A stretch of DNA of 64,000 nt, from contig OY763407.1 in the NCBI GenBank assembly GCA_963667425.1, positions 1,930,281 to 1,994,280 of the forward strand. The letters run 5' to 3'. The translations under genes and the position numbers were made by a program. Under the pieces are notes generated by a model. It saw nothing but the letters and a program-made list of their open reading frames with translations. It made no database searches and was not told where the DNA came from. The stretch is from a bacterium (GTDB lineage Bacteria; UBP6; UBA1177; G963667425). Of the stretch, positions 51,169 to 59,827 are shown in pieces; the stretch's first letter is position 1; every line of letters starts with the position of its first letter.

Positions 51169-51792
51169 TTATTTTCCCATTTTTAAAGGAGTGTTTTTTA
51201 ACATAGGAGAAGGACCTCTTGTTTTTGATGCAGAGTTTGAAGAAGATGTACCAGTTGTTGAAGTTGAAATAGATCTTGAACTTTGAGAGAAATCTGTAAC
51301 TGTTCCTGGAACATTTATGAATTTTGTAAGCTCAACTTTTTCAGATTCTTTAACCCCTTCTCCCCACATTATTTTTACAGTAAGCTTTCTGACTCTTACC
51401 TTAAAAAAATCTTCAATCATAGGCTGCACCATAGAAAGAGTGCTTGCAGCCTCAGTCATTTCATCATTAACATCATCAGCTTCAGAACCGACATTAAGAT
51501 CCGGCATAGGCATATAAACTTTCTTTATGCTGTAATACCATCTGAAACCTTCATAAAGATTATCTTCAAAATCACCTTCTTCTTCCTTATCCATAGTAGG
51601 AATACCATTTTTATCTATTTCAACATCAACATCATGCATTTTAAGCCATGCGAGCTCTGTTCCCTGATAAATTTTCTCAACTTTTTCAGAGTAACGATAG
51701 CTGTACATCACTATTCTACTTATAGAAACTAACGTTCCTGCAAGAATAACTATTGCAATAACAGCTTCGAGAAGAGTAAAACCTTTTCTCAT
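51169..51792 (-). CDS. Prepilin-type pseudopilin (GspI-like by position)
   Basis: MRK-G-FTLLEAVIAIVILAG prepilin motif. Confidence 0.6.
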   Translation of the reverse strand: MRKGFTLLEAVIAIVILAGTLVSISRIVMYSYRYSEKVEKIYQGTELAWLKMHDVDVEIDKNGIPTMDKEEEGDFEDNLYEGFRWYYSIKKVYMPMPDLNVGSEADDVNDEMTEAASTLSMVQPMIEDFFKVRVRKLTVKIMWGEGVKESEKVELTKFINVPGTVTDFSQSSRSISTSTTGTSSSNSASKTRGPSPMLKNTPLKMGK

Positions 51793-52640
51793 TTTCCCTC
51801 CACATCTTCCGAGTATTCAAACATTTTCTTGAAATCTCCAAGATCTTCGGGAATATCGCCTCTTGTTATTTTTGTATCTGCAAAAAAATCACTTTCTATA
51901 TAAAACAGCGGATCACCATCTTCTTCAGCAATTGAAAGATAGAAAGGGGTTACTCTGCCTGTTGGAAAGATATAAATTACTGATTGAGCAAGTGTTTTTC
52001 TTTTAAGTTTTGCAAGCTCTTCTTCAGAAAGTTCTTCTTCATTTACATCTTCCTGAGATTCCAATAGCTCTTCTCTTATAAGAGGAACCGGCGTACTGTA
52101 AGTAAAAAATTTATCCCAGACAAGACCGGAAGGAAGTGTCATCTTTTTTGATTCAGGATTATATTCCGGTAGTAAAACCTCTTTTATACTTTTTTGCGGA
52201 GGAACAAAATTTTCCCAATTATAATAGTCATTCATCTCATCAGATTCAGATGCTTTTGTTTTCATGATATCATAAAAAGTGTTTGCACCAAGATGCGAAC
52301 CATCACCTTCAAAAGTGTCACTTTTATCTTCTATATCTTCAAGAAGTTTTTCATTACGCTTTAAAACTTTTTCAATATCATCACCGGGAATTAATGAAAA
52401 AGGAGTTTCAGTACTTTCGGCATAATATTCGCCATTTTTTATATCTACTATAATTCTGATATATTTCTGTTCTCTTATAGACTTAAGGAACATTTTTTTC
52501 AGCAAAATATTGAAGTTACCAAGTTCAGCACTGGCTCTTGATTTAGTAATGTTCATGACGCTAGGCACAGCAACACCAAGCAATAGTGCCACCAAGGCCA
52601 TAGCCACAAGCATTTCTATCATCGTAAACCCCTTTTTCAC
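51789..52640 (-). CDS. Prepilin-type pseudopilin (GspH-like by position; unusually long, 283 aa)
   Basis: MKK-G-FTMIEMLVAMALVA prepilin motif. Confidence 0.6.
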   Translation of the reverse strand: MKKGFTMIEMLVAMALVALLLGVAVPSVMNITKSRASAELGNFNILLKKMFLKSIREQKYIRIIVDIKNGEYYAESTETPFSLIPGDDIEKVLKRNEKLLEDIEDKSDTFEGDGSHLGANTFYDIMKTKASESDEMNDYYNWENFVPPQKSIKEVLLPEYNPESKKMTLPSGLVWDKFFTYSTPVPLIREELLESQEDVNEEELSEEELAKLKRKTLAQSVIYIFPTGRVTPFYLSIAEEDGDPLFYIESDFFADTKITRGDIPEDLGDFKKMFEYSEDVEGK

Positions 52641-52656
52641 AAAGAACTCCCTTTAA

Positions 52657-53097
52657 TTACTCTTCTTCTTCGTTTTCCCAGTTTGCAATATCATCACCGC
52701 CACCTTCTTTTCCATCCGGTCCAAAAGAATAGAGATCGTAACCATCTTCACCGTTTGAACCTGGAAAAATATAGATATAGCTGTTTTTCCATGGATCTAA
52801 AGGGACTTTTTTCCCATCAAGAATCTTTTCTTTTACAAGAGAATCAAGTCCTTCTTCTCCGGCAGGATATTTACCTTTTTCGCTCTTATAAAGATCAAGA
52901 GCATTCCCAAGAGTTTTTATATCCATATTAGCCTGTTTGATCTTAGATTTTTCAAGCTGTTTCATAAGACCAATACCGACACCGCCCATAACAACAGCAA
53001 GAATTGTTATGGCAATCATAATTTCCATAAGAGAAAAACCTTTTTCATTTCTTTTTTCCGAAAAAAGTTCTTTTAAGAAATTCTTAATAAAATTCAT
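52657..53097 (-). CDS. gspG: T2SS major pseudopilin GspG
   Basis: G-FSLMEIMIAITILAVVMG prepilin site plus the GspG-specific C-terminal signature (DPWKNSYIYIFPGSNGEDGYDLYSFGPDGKEGGGDDIANW); GGAGG Shine-Dalgarno upstream. Confidence 0.85.
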   Translation of the reverse strand: MNFIKNFLKELFSEKRNEKGFSLMEIMIAITILAVVMGGVGIGLMKQLEKSKIKQANMDIKTLGNALDLYKSEKGKYPAGEEGLDSLVKEKILDGKKVPLDPWKNSYIYIFPGSNGEDGYDLYSFGPDGKEGGGDDIANWENEEEE

Positions 53098-53110
53098 TGT
53101 TTCCTCCGTT

Positions 53111-54340
53111 TTATCCTATAGATTCATTAATTTTAAAAATAGGCACAATAATTGAGAAAATTATAAAACCAATAACCAGTCCAAGTGTCGCAAGCATTAT
53201 AGGCTCTATCATTGAAGTGAGTCTTTCAAGAGTATAGCGAACCTCTTTCTCATAAGAATCTGCTAATGTCTCAAGCATTGATTCAAGTTCACCGCTCTGC
53301 TCTCCAATACTTATCATACTTATAACTATCGGAGGGAATTCTCCAGACCTTTTAAGAGGAACCGAAATGGATTCACCCTCTTTTATATTTTCTTTTGCAA
53401 CAGCAATAGCAGTTTCAAGAACTTTGTTTCCAACAACTTTTTTAACTATGTCAAGTGCTTTAAGAATAGGAACACCGGCATTTAAAAGAGTTGCAAGTGT
53501 TTTTGCAAAACGGGAAATAGCTATCATTCTATTAATTCTGCCGAAAATCTTTACATTTATAAGAAACTTATCCCATCTGAAAAGACCTTTTTCCGTTTTT
53601 ATGTAACGTTTAAAAGAAATAAAGCCTCCGACAGCAACTATAATAACAAGCCACCAGTAATTAGAAAAGAATGAACTTAAACCTATCATAAATTTTGTCT
53701 GTATAGGCAGTTCCATATCCATGGAATCAAACATTTCGGAAAGTTTCGGAACAACGACAATAAACATTATAGAAATAACAATTATTGACATGACAAGCAG
53801 AATAATAGGATAAGTCATGGCAGAACGAACTCTGTTTTTAAGGTCCAGCTGCGATTCAAGAAAATCGGCAAGTCTCAAAAGAACTTTGTCTAATGCACCA
53901 CTTTCTTCACCTGCTGCTATCATATTGCAGTAAAGATCAGAAAATGTATCAGGAAAATCCTTGGCACTTCTTGAAAAGCTGTAACCTTCCTGAATTTTGT
54001 TTTTAACAAGCATCATCGTTTCTTTAAGATATGCATTCTGCTGTTGTTCTGCAACTGCTCCAAGCGCTTCAACAAGCGGAATACTTGCCTTCTGAAGTGT
54101 TGCGAGAAGTCTTGTCATGGAAGCGACTTCATCTAAAGAAGCTTTTTTTGAACGGAGAGAAAGAAGCATTTTAAGATTTGTAAGATCAAAAGCATCTTTT
54201 GATGATTTTTCCTTTATATCCGAAACAAAAAGTCCTTCTGACTGAAGTTTCATTTTCAAAGTATTTCTACTCTCACTTTCAGTAATACCTTTTATCTCTT
54301 TTCCGCTTTTATCAACTACTTTATATGAAAAAAGAGGCAT
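53111..54340 (-). CDS. gspF: T2SS inner-membrane platform protein GspF
   Basis: 409 aa, two repeated GspF/PilC-type cytoplasmic domains and three TM helices. Confidence 0.85.
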   Translation of the reverse strand: MPLFSYKVVDKSGKEIKGITESESRNTLKMKLQSEGLFVSDIKEKSSKDAFDLTNLKMLLSLRSKKASLDEVASMTRLLATLQKASIPLVEALGAVAEQQQNAYLKETMMLVKNKIQEGYSFSRSAKDFPDTFSDLYCNMIAAGEESGALDKVLLRLADFLESQLDLKNRVRSAMTYPIILLVMSIIVISIMFIVVVPKLSEMFDSMDMELPIQTKFMIGLSSFFSNYWWLVIIVAVGGFISFKRYIKTEKGLFRWDKFLINVKIFGRINRMIAISRFAKTLATLLNAGVPILKALDIVKKVVGNKVLETAIAVAKENIKEGESISVPLKRSGEFPPIVISMISIGEQSGELESMLETLADSYEKEVRYTLERLTSMIEPIMLATLGLVIGFIIFSIIVPIFKINESIG

Positions 54341-56031
54341 TATGAATCCTCCTGAGTAACACGAAGAATTTCATCAGGTGATGTTATTCCTTTTACCGCT
54401 TTTAAAGCACCATCTTCTCTTAAAGTCAGCATTCCATTTGAAGAAGCTATTTTCTTTATTTCAGAAGAACTGCTTCTGTTTACAACAGCACGTCTCATTT
54501 CATCATCTATTTTTATAAGCTCAAAAATACCTGTTCGTCCCTGATAACCTATACCTCGACACAAATCACACCCTTCGGCACGATAAAAAATATGAGATTC
54601 ATATTCTTGCGGATCCAGACCCAAATCCTCAAGTATAGCAGGTTCAGGATGATATGGTTTTTTACAGTGGGGACACAGTATTCTTACAAGTCGTTGCGCA
54701 AGAACACCAACAATAGTTGATGTCAGAAGAAATGGCTCAACACCCATATCAGTAAGCCTTGTAAAAACAGAAGGAGCATCATTTGTGTGTATAGTGCTCA
54801 AAACAAGGTGACCTGTAAGTGCAGCCTGTATTGCTATGTCAGCTGTATCTTTATCTCTGATTTCTCCAACCATTATAATATCAGGATCCTGACGAAGAAT
54901 AGATCTTAAACCATGAGCAAAAGTAAGCCCTATTTTACTGTTTATATGAATCTGATTTATACCTTTAAGCTGAATTTCAACAGGATCTTCTTCTGTTATG
55001 ATTTTTACATCAGGAGAATTTATTTCTGTTAAAGCGGAATAAAGAGTTGTCGTTTTTCCACTTCCGGTAGGACCGCAGACAAGAAATATTCCATGCTTTT
55101 TATTTATCAGCTCTCTCATTGTTTTAAGATCTCTGGATGTAAAGCCTGAAGCATCAAGAGAAAGTTTCTGTGATTTTTTATCCAGAATTCTGAGTACTAC
55201 AGACTCGCCATGAGTAGAAGGAAGAGTTGAAAGTCTTAAATCTATATCATTTCCGGCAATCCTTACTTTGATATTACCATCCTGAGGAAGTCTTTTTTCA
55301 GAAATATTAAGTTTACCCATAATTTTAAGCCTTGTAATAAGACCCGCCTGAGCAGCTTTAGGAACTCTCTGAAAAACATTAAGTTTGCCATCTTTTCTGA
55401 ATCTGACCAGAACTTCATCTTCAAAACTTTCAAAATGAATATCACTTACTCTGTCTTTTGCAGCTCTGGCAATAGTATTATTGACAAAACGGATAATTGG
55501 AGCTTCATCATTACTGTCAATAAGATCAGGAATTGATGTATCATCTTCGGCAGACATTTCCTTAAATTCTTCTGCATTAAGACCTTTGTCTGCAGTTTCG
55601 ACACGACTATAGAGATTGTTAATGATATCCATTATCTTAATATCATTTACAAGAAAAGGAACCGCTGTTTTTCCATAAATAAGATAAAGCTGATTAAAAA
55701 GAAGAGAAATCTCATTGCTGGAAGTAACCACAATCAGTTTGTTGTTCTCTTCACATAAAGGAATTGCCATATACCGTTTTGCAAGAAAAATAGGAAACTG
55801 CTCTAGCATAACAAGATCTGCCTTTTCAAGATCCTTTTCATCAAAAAACTTAAAACCGGATTGTTCCTGAAGAGAATTAAAGAGATTTTCAATAGTCAGA
55901 GATGTTTCTTCCCTAAGTATCGAACCTATTTTCTGGTTCTGATTCTTAGACTGAGAAACAAGAGCATCACCAAGCTCTTTTTCTGTTATAAAACCTTTTT
56001 CCAGAAGTATTTCGCCTATTTTCTTTTTCAT
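54340..56031 (-). CDS. gspE: T2SS ATPase GspE with N-terminal MshEN-like domain
   Basis: Walker A (GPTGSGKTT), Asp/His boxes, tetracysteine zinc motif (CPHCKK ... CDLCRGIGYQGR); N-terminus KIGEILLEKGFITEKELGDALVSQ. Start set at ATG 56031, which overlaps the gspD stop. Confidence 0.9.
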   Translation of the reverse strand: MKKKIGEILLEKGFITEKELGDALVSQSKNQNQKIGSILREETSLTIENLFNSLQEQSGFKFFDEKDLEKADLVMLEQFPIFLAKRYMAIPLCEENNKLIVVTSSNEISLLFNQLYLIYGKTAVPFLVNDIKIMDIINNLYSRVETADKGLNAEEFKEMSAEDDTSIPDLIDSNDEAPIIRFVNNTIARAAKDRVSDIHFESFEDEVLVRFRKDGKLNVFQRVPKAAQAGLITRLKIMGKLNISEKRLPQDGNIKVRIAGNDIDLRLSTLPSTHGESVVLRILDKKSQKLSLDASGFTSRDLKTMRELINKKHGIFLVCGPTGSGKTTTLYSALTEINSPDVKIITEEDPVEIQLKGINQIHINSKIGLTFAHGLRSILRQDPDIIMVGEIRDKDTADIAIQAALTGHLVLSTIHTNDAPSVFTRLTDMGVEPFLLTSTIVGVLAQRLVRILCPHCKKPYHPEPAILEDLGLDPQEYESHIFYRAEGCDLCRGIGYQGRTGIFELIKIDDEMRRAVVNRSSSSEIKKIASSNGMLTLREDGALKAVKGITSPDEILRVTQEDS

Positions 56032-58553
56032 CAATACTCCTCATCATCGATAGCAGGAACTTTTTCCTTTGCAGAATCAAATATTTCATCCTTAATCTGG
56101 GTATCCTGCATACTTCCATCAGGAGTTATTATTTTTGCATCTATTTTACTGTTTATATGCTGTTCAATAAGTTCATCTTCTCTTTTCGATTCAGAGTTTA
56201 TTTTCTGGAAAAGAGAAAGCAGCATTCCTCTTTTCTTTTCCATAAATATGTTATTCTGGACATCTTTTATTTTACCGTAAAACTTCTTTGCGAATTCTTC
56301 TCTCTCTTTTGTCTTTTTCTGATAAATTCTGTCAAAATCTATTTTACTTTCAATAATATGAGGAGTGAGAATAAGAAGAAGATTCGATTTCTTATTTGTT
56401 TTTGTAGTGTATTTAAAAAGATTTCCAAGAACAGGAATATCGCCAAGTAAAGGAATTTTGTTTTCATATTCAGAAACGTAATCCTTCATAAGACCGCCGA
56501 TAACTATCGTCTGCTCATTTTCAGCATTTACAATAGTTTTAGCAGATCTTTTAGTAGTAATATAACCGTAGCTAGTCTGGGCACCAAGTTCTGTAACCTC
56601 CTGCTGAACATCAAGTGTCATATAACCACCGTCATTGATTTGAGGTTTTATTTTAAGTTTAAGCGCAACATCTTCTCTTGTATAAGTTACAGTACTTCCT
56701 GCCGTGCTGTTAATAATCGTACCTGAAGGGAAAGGAACTGTTTCACCTACTGTGATTTCAGCTTCTTCGTTATCTGTGGTAAGAATATGAGGAGTCGACA
56801 TAACATTAACGTTAGTATCACTTTTAGCTGCATTAAGAAGCATACCAACAGAAGGAACTCCACCAAAAACACCAATACCAGGAATATCTTCTGTACTGCT
56901 TACCGTTGAAGAACTAAGCATACCTGAAACAAAACCAGGAGTTGGAGTTGTAAGAGCCTTTCCAAAGAATATAGGCACTTTTTCTCCATTAATGTTTGCA
57001 TTATAACCACCGGCAGCATAAGCAAGACCATATTCTGAGTCTTCCTGCACATTTACTTCCATAATTATTGCTTCAACAAAAACCTGTTTTCTTCTCTGAT
57101 CCAGCTCCTTTATAACATTTTTCAGACTTTTATAATCCCTAAGAGAAGCAACAACAACCAGAGAATTTGTAGATTCATCAGCAGAAAGGCTGACCTCACC
57201 TTCAAAAATGGAAGAACCTTTTGAATTTTTCTGATTTCCTTTATATTGAGCAACCTTTGAAAGAGTTGTTACAAGATCTTTTGCTTTGGCATTCTGAAGA
57301 GGAACAACATGAACTTCTCCCTCACCCTCAACTTGAGTATCAAGTTTAGAAAGAATTGTTATTGCAAGTTTATAGTTTGCCTTTGTTGTAAGAAAGACAA
57401 GCTGTTCACTTCTGTCATCAGCAACAATATGAATAAAGTTTGCAACATCATCATCAGAAGATGCAGTAATATCTTTTTTATTTCTAGCTTTATTGTTATT
57501 GTTTGCATTAACCCCTGCTTTATTTGATATTTCAGCAAGAGAAGGGACTTCAGCACTGTTTTTGTTTCTCTTGTTCATCTGGGAAGCAAGCGGCTTAAAA
57601 ATTTCTTCCAGTGTTTTCTTGGCATCTGTGGGGGAAACATGTTTAAGCTTTACAAAGAAAAATTCAGGAATTTCTGTTTCCGGCCTTGGTTTATCAAGAT
57701 CTGCAACAACTTTAAGCATTTTTCTAATATTTGCGGCATAATCAACAATAAGAATAGTCTTGTCATCAAAAACCAGAAGACTTCCACCCTTGCCTCTGAA
57801 AATATTAAGAACTTTCTGCATCTCCTTAGCATCTGTATTTGCGACTCTTATTATTGTTGCAACCATTGTAAAAGTGTAAGGTATAGCATTTTCTTTACCA
57901 TAATATGGAATATTAGTTGAAACCGCATCTTTCTCGGACATAACGATAGTATATTTCCCATCTGGAACCACGGTTACATTGTTTACAGAAAGAACAGTAA
58001 GAAATGTTTTATATGCATCTTTTATAGTAACGGAAGAAGGAGACATTATTGTGACTTTTGATTTAGCAAGACGTTCCTGAAGAATAAAATTCTTTTTCAT
58101 TTTTTCGCTAAACCATTTTATAACATCAAGAAGAGGTGTTTCCTGAAAATCAAGCCAGACTTTAGCATCATCAGGAAGAGGTTTGTCAGTGTGAACAGAT
58201 TCAATTTTTATTGTATCTGAAGCTGTAGTTTTTCTTGAAGAATCATATTCCGGAACAGAAGGAACTGCAGGAGTTGTTGTAGCTCTGTTAACAACTTTTG
58301 CCTGCGGAGCTTTTACTTCTTGTTTTACAGAATCATCCTTTTTTTCCTCTTTATTGGAATCTTCCTCTTTCTTTTCACTATCTTCATCCTTTTTTTTATC
58401 TTTTTCAGGCATTTTCTTTAATTTTGTATCACCCAGTCTTGCCTTTGTAAGAGGAAATTTTATCTTACTCGGATCTAGTTTCATCTGAGCATCCAGGACC
58501 AGAGGTAAAACAAAAATAATTAAAAACAAAATCGAGAGCAATCTGCTTTTCAT
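56031..58553 (-). CDS. gspD: T2SS outer-membrane secretin GspD
   Basis: Signal peptide; N0/N1-type domains; C-terminal secretin domain (IPLLGDIPVLGNLFKYTTKTNKKSNLLLILTPHII); ~100-aa charged low-complexity insertion after the signal peptide. Confidence 0.9.
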   Translation of the reverse strand: MKSRLLSILFLIIFVLPLVLDAQMKLDPSKIKFPLTKARLGDTKLKKMPEKDKKKDEDSEKKEEDSNKEEKKDDSVKQEVKAPQAKVVNRATTTPAVPSVPEYDSSRKTTASDTIKIESVHTDKPLPDDAKVWLDFQETPLLDVIKWFSEKMKKNFILQERLAKSKVTIMSPSSVTIKDAYKTFLTVLSVNNVTVVPDGKYTIVMSEKDAVSTNIPYYGKENAIPYTFTMVATIIRVANTDAKEMQKVLNIFRGKGGSLLVFDDKTILIVDYAANIRKMLKVVADLDKPRPETEIPEFFFVKLKHVSPTDAKKTLEEIFKPLASQMNKRNKNSAEVPSLAEISNKAGVNANNNNKARNKKDITASSDDDVANFIHIVADDRSEQLVFLTTKANYKLAITILSKLDTQVEGEGEVHVVPLQNAKAKDLVTTLSKVAQYKGNQKNSKGSSIFEGEVSLSADESTNSLVVVASLRDYKSLKNVIKELDQRRKQVFVEAIIMEVNVQEDSEYGLAYAAGGYNANINGEKVPIFFGKALTTPTPGFVSGMLSSSTVSSTEDIPGIGVFGGVPSVGMLLNAAKSDTNVNVMSTPHILTTDNEEAEITVGETVPFPSGTIINSTAGSTVTYTREDVALKLKIKPQINDGGYMTLDVQQEVTELGAQTSYGYITTKRSAKTIVNAENEQTIVIGGLMKDYVSEYENKIPLLGDIPVLGNLFKYTTKTNKKSNLLLILTPHIIESKIDFDRIYQKKTKEREEFAKKFYGKIKDVQNNIFMEKKRGMLLSLFQKINSESKREDELIEQHINSKIDAKIITPDGSMQDTQIKDEIFDSAKEKVPAIDDEEY

Positions 58554-58593
58554 CTTTTCAAACTCCGTTTATATAAAATTTAAATTCTTCAAA

Positions 58594-59565
58594 TTATTCT
58601 ATGGTATACTCCATAGATTCAGGTTTTCCGCCTCTTACAATATTAAGAGAAATCTTATCGGCATTTCTAAGCCTCTGATAAGCTTCAAGAGCTTTATCAG
58701 GACTCGAAATATCAATTCCATTTATGTTTTTTATGACATCTCCATTCTGAAGTCCTATTTGACTGTAAAGGCTGTTCGGCCTTATCGAAAAAATCTTAAA
58801 ACCAGCTTCGCCTCTGGCAGGAACAATTCTGGCCTGTCTTGCAAGAACGTTAAGATTTGTTGTCGCTTTCATTATTTCGCTTCTTGAAACGACATAACTA
58901 TGATCATCTATTTTTCTAATATTTACATCCTGTTGAGTCGGCATAGCATTATTTATTGGTGCTTTTACAGCGACATCTTTATTTTTCGGCCTATTGGTTA
59001 TTGCATCACCAAGACACCTTACACCTGAAGGTGTTTCAAAAACAACTATATTTCTATCAACATAAAGAAGTTTGGTTCCTTTATCAACCTCTTCCCCAAC
59101 AGAAATTACAGTGGGAGGAATCTCATCTTTTGTTGCTTTTTGTTCAACAGAAATGGAAGAATACTCCACAGGAATTGCAGGAACAATAGCCGTAAGCTTA
59201 ACACCATCCAAAGCCTGACATTTATCAGGATTGTTAAGATAATAGTTGATATCAGTAGGCTCGTTCTTAGATTCTTTTACAAGAGCTCCGTCAGTATTTA
59301 TTCCAGGTACAACAACAGAAAGATCTATCTGGCGCTGTTCCAGATCAAAAATATTATGCTCTGAAACAGATGTTTTATCTTCTCCAAAGAAAACTATTTT
59401 TTTATTATTAATATTACCTTCTGTTTTTTCGTAATAATCTTTTCCAAGCGGAACATAAATAATGTTTTTACCAACAGCAACTGAAATTGCAAAACCTGTC
59501 AATGCAAAGAAAAGAAAGGCAAGTGAAACAAAAACAGCGATATCAAAAAGAGTTCTATTTCTCAT
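58594..59565 (-). CDS. gspC: T2SS GspC-like protein with C-terminal PDZ domain
   Basis: Start at ATG 59565 with GGAAGGAG upstream; N-terminal TM helix (IAVFVSLAFLFFALTGFAI); C-terminal PDZ-like segment (GFKIFSIRPNSLYSQIGLQNGDVIKNINGIDI); first gene of the operon, immediately upstream of gspD. Confidence 0.6.
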   Translation of the reverse strand: MRNRTLFDIAVFVSLAFLFFALTGFAISVAVGKNIIYVPLGKDYYEKTEGNINNKKIVFFGEDKTSVSEHNIFDLEQRQIDLSVVVPGINTDGALVKESKNEPTDINYYLNNPDKCQALDGVKLTAIVPAIPVEYSSISVEQKATKDEIPPTVISVGEEVDKGTKLLYVDRNIVVFETPSGVRCLGDAITNRPKNKDVAVKAPINNAMPTQQDVNIRKIDDHSYVVSRSEIMKATTNLNVLARQARIVPARGEAGFKIFSIRPNSLYSQIGLQNGDVIKNINGIDISSPDKALEAYQRLRNADKISLNIVRGGKPESMEYTIE

Positions 59566-59674
59566 CGGCTCCTTCCAGAAAAATTTCAACGATGCCGATA
59601 TAAGCAAAAAAAATGCCAAAACCCTTTTCTTTAAATATCAACGGGTTACAAAACCGTTTTTGTATGCCAAAAAA

Positions 59675-59704
59675 TCATTTTGTCATATTGACATGACAAA
59701 ATGA
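59675..59704. promoter_or_regulatory. Perfect 12-bp inverted repeat (TCATTTTGTCAT-N6-ATGACAAAATGA), candidate operator in the divergent gspC / radical-SAM intergenic region
   Basis: Read directly from the sequence; it contains a TTGACA hexamer at 59688..59693 and lies between two divergently transcribed operons. Confidence 0.4.
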
Positions 59705-59755
59705 CTGTCAGATAAACTTGTTTCAAGTTATATAAAAGCAAAGCATAATTCTCCA

Positions 59756-59783
59756 TTGCCCAAAAATTTTTATTGTATATAAT
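59756..59783 (+). promoter_or_regulatory. Putative sigma70-type promoter for the radical-SAM/DUF4130 operon
   Basis: TTGCCC-N16-TATAAT about 45 nt upstream of ATG 59828, which has a GAGGGA Shine-Dalgarno. Prediction by eye only. Confidence 0.3.
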
Positions 59784-59827
59784 CACGAATCTTGTGAGAA
59801 TATATTTCTCATAAAACTGAGGGAATT

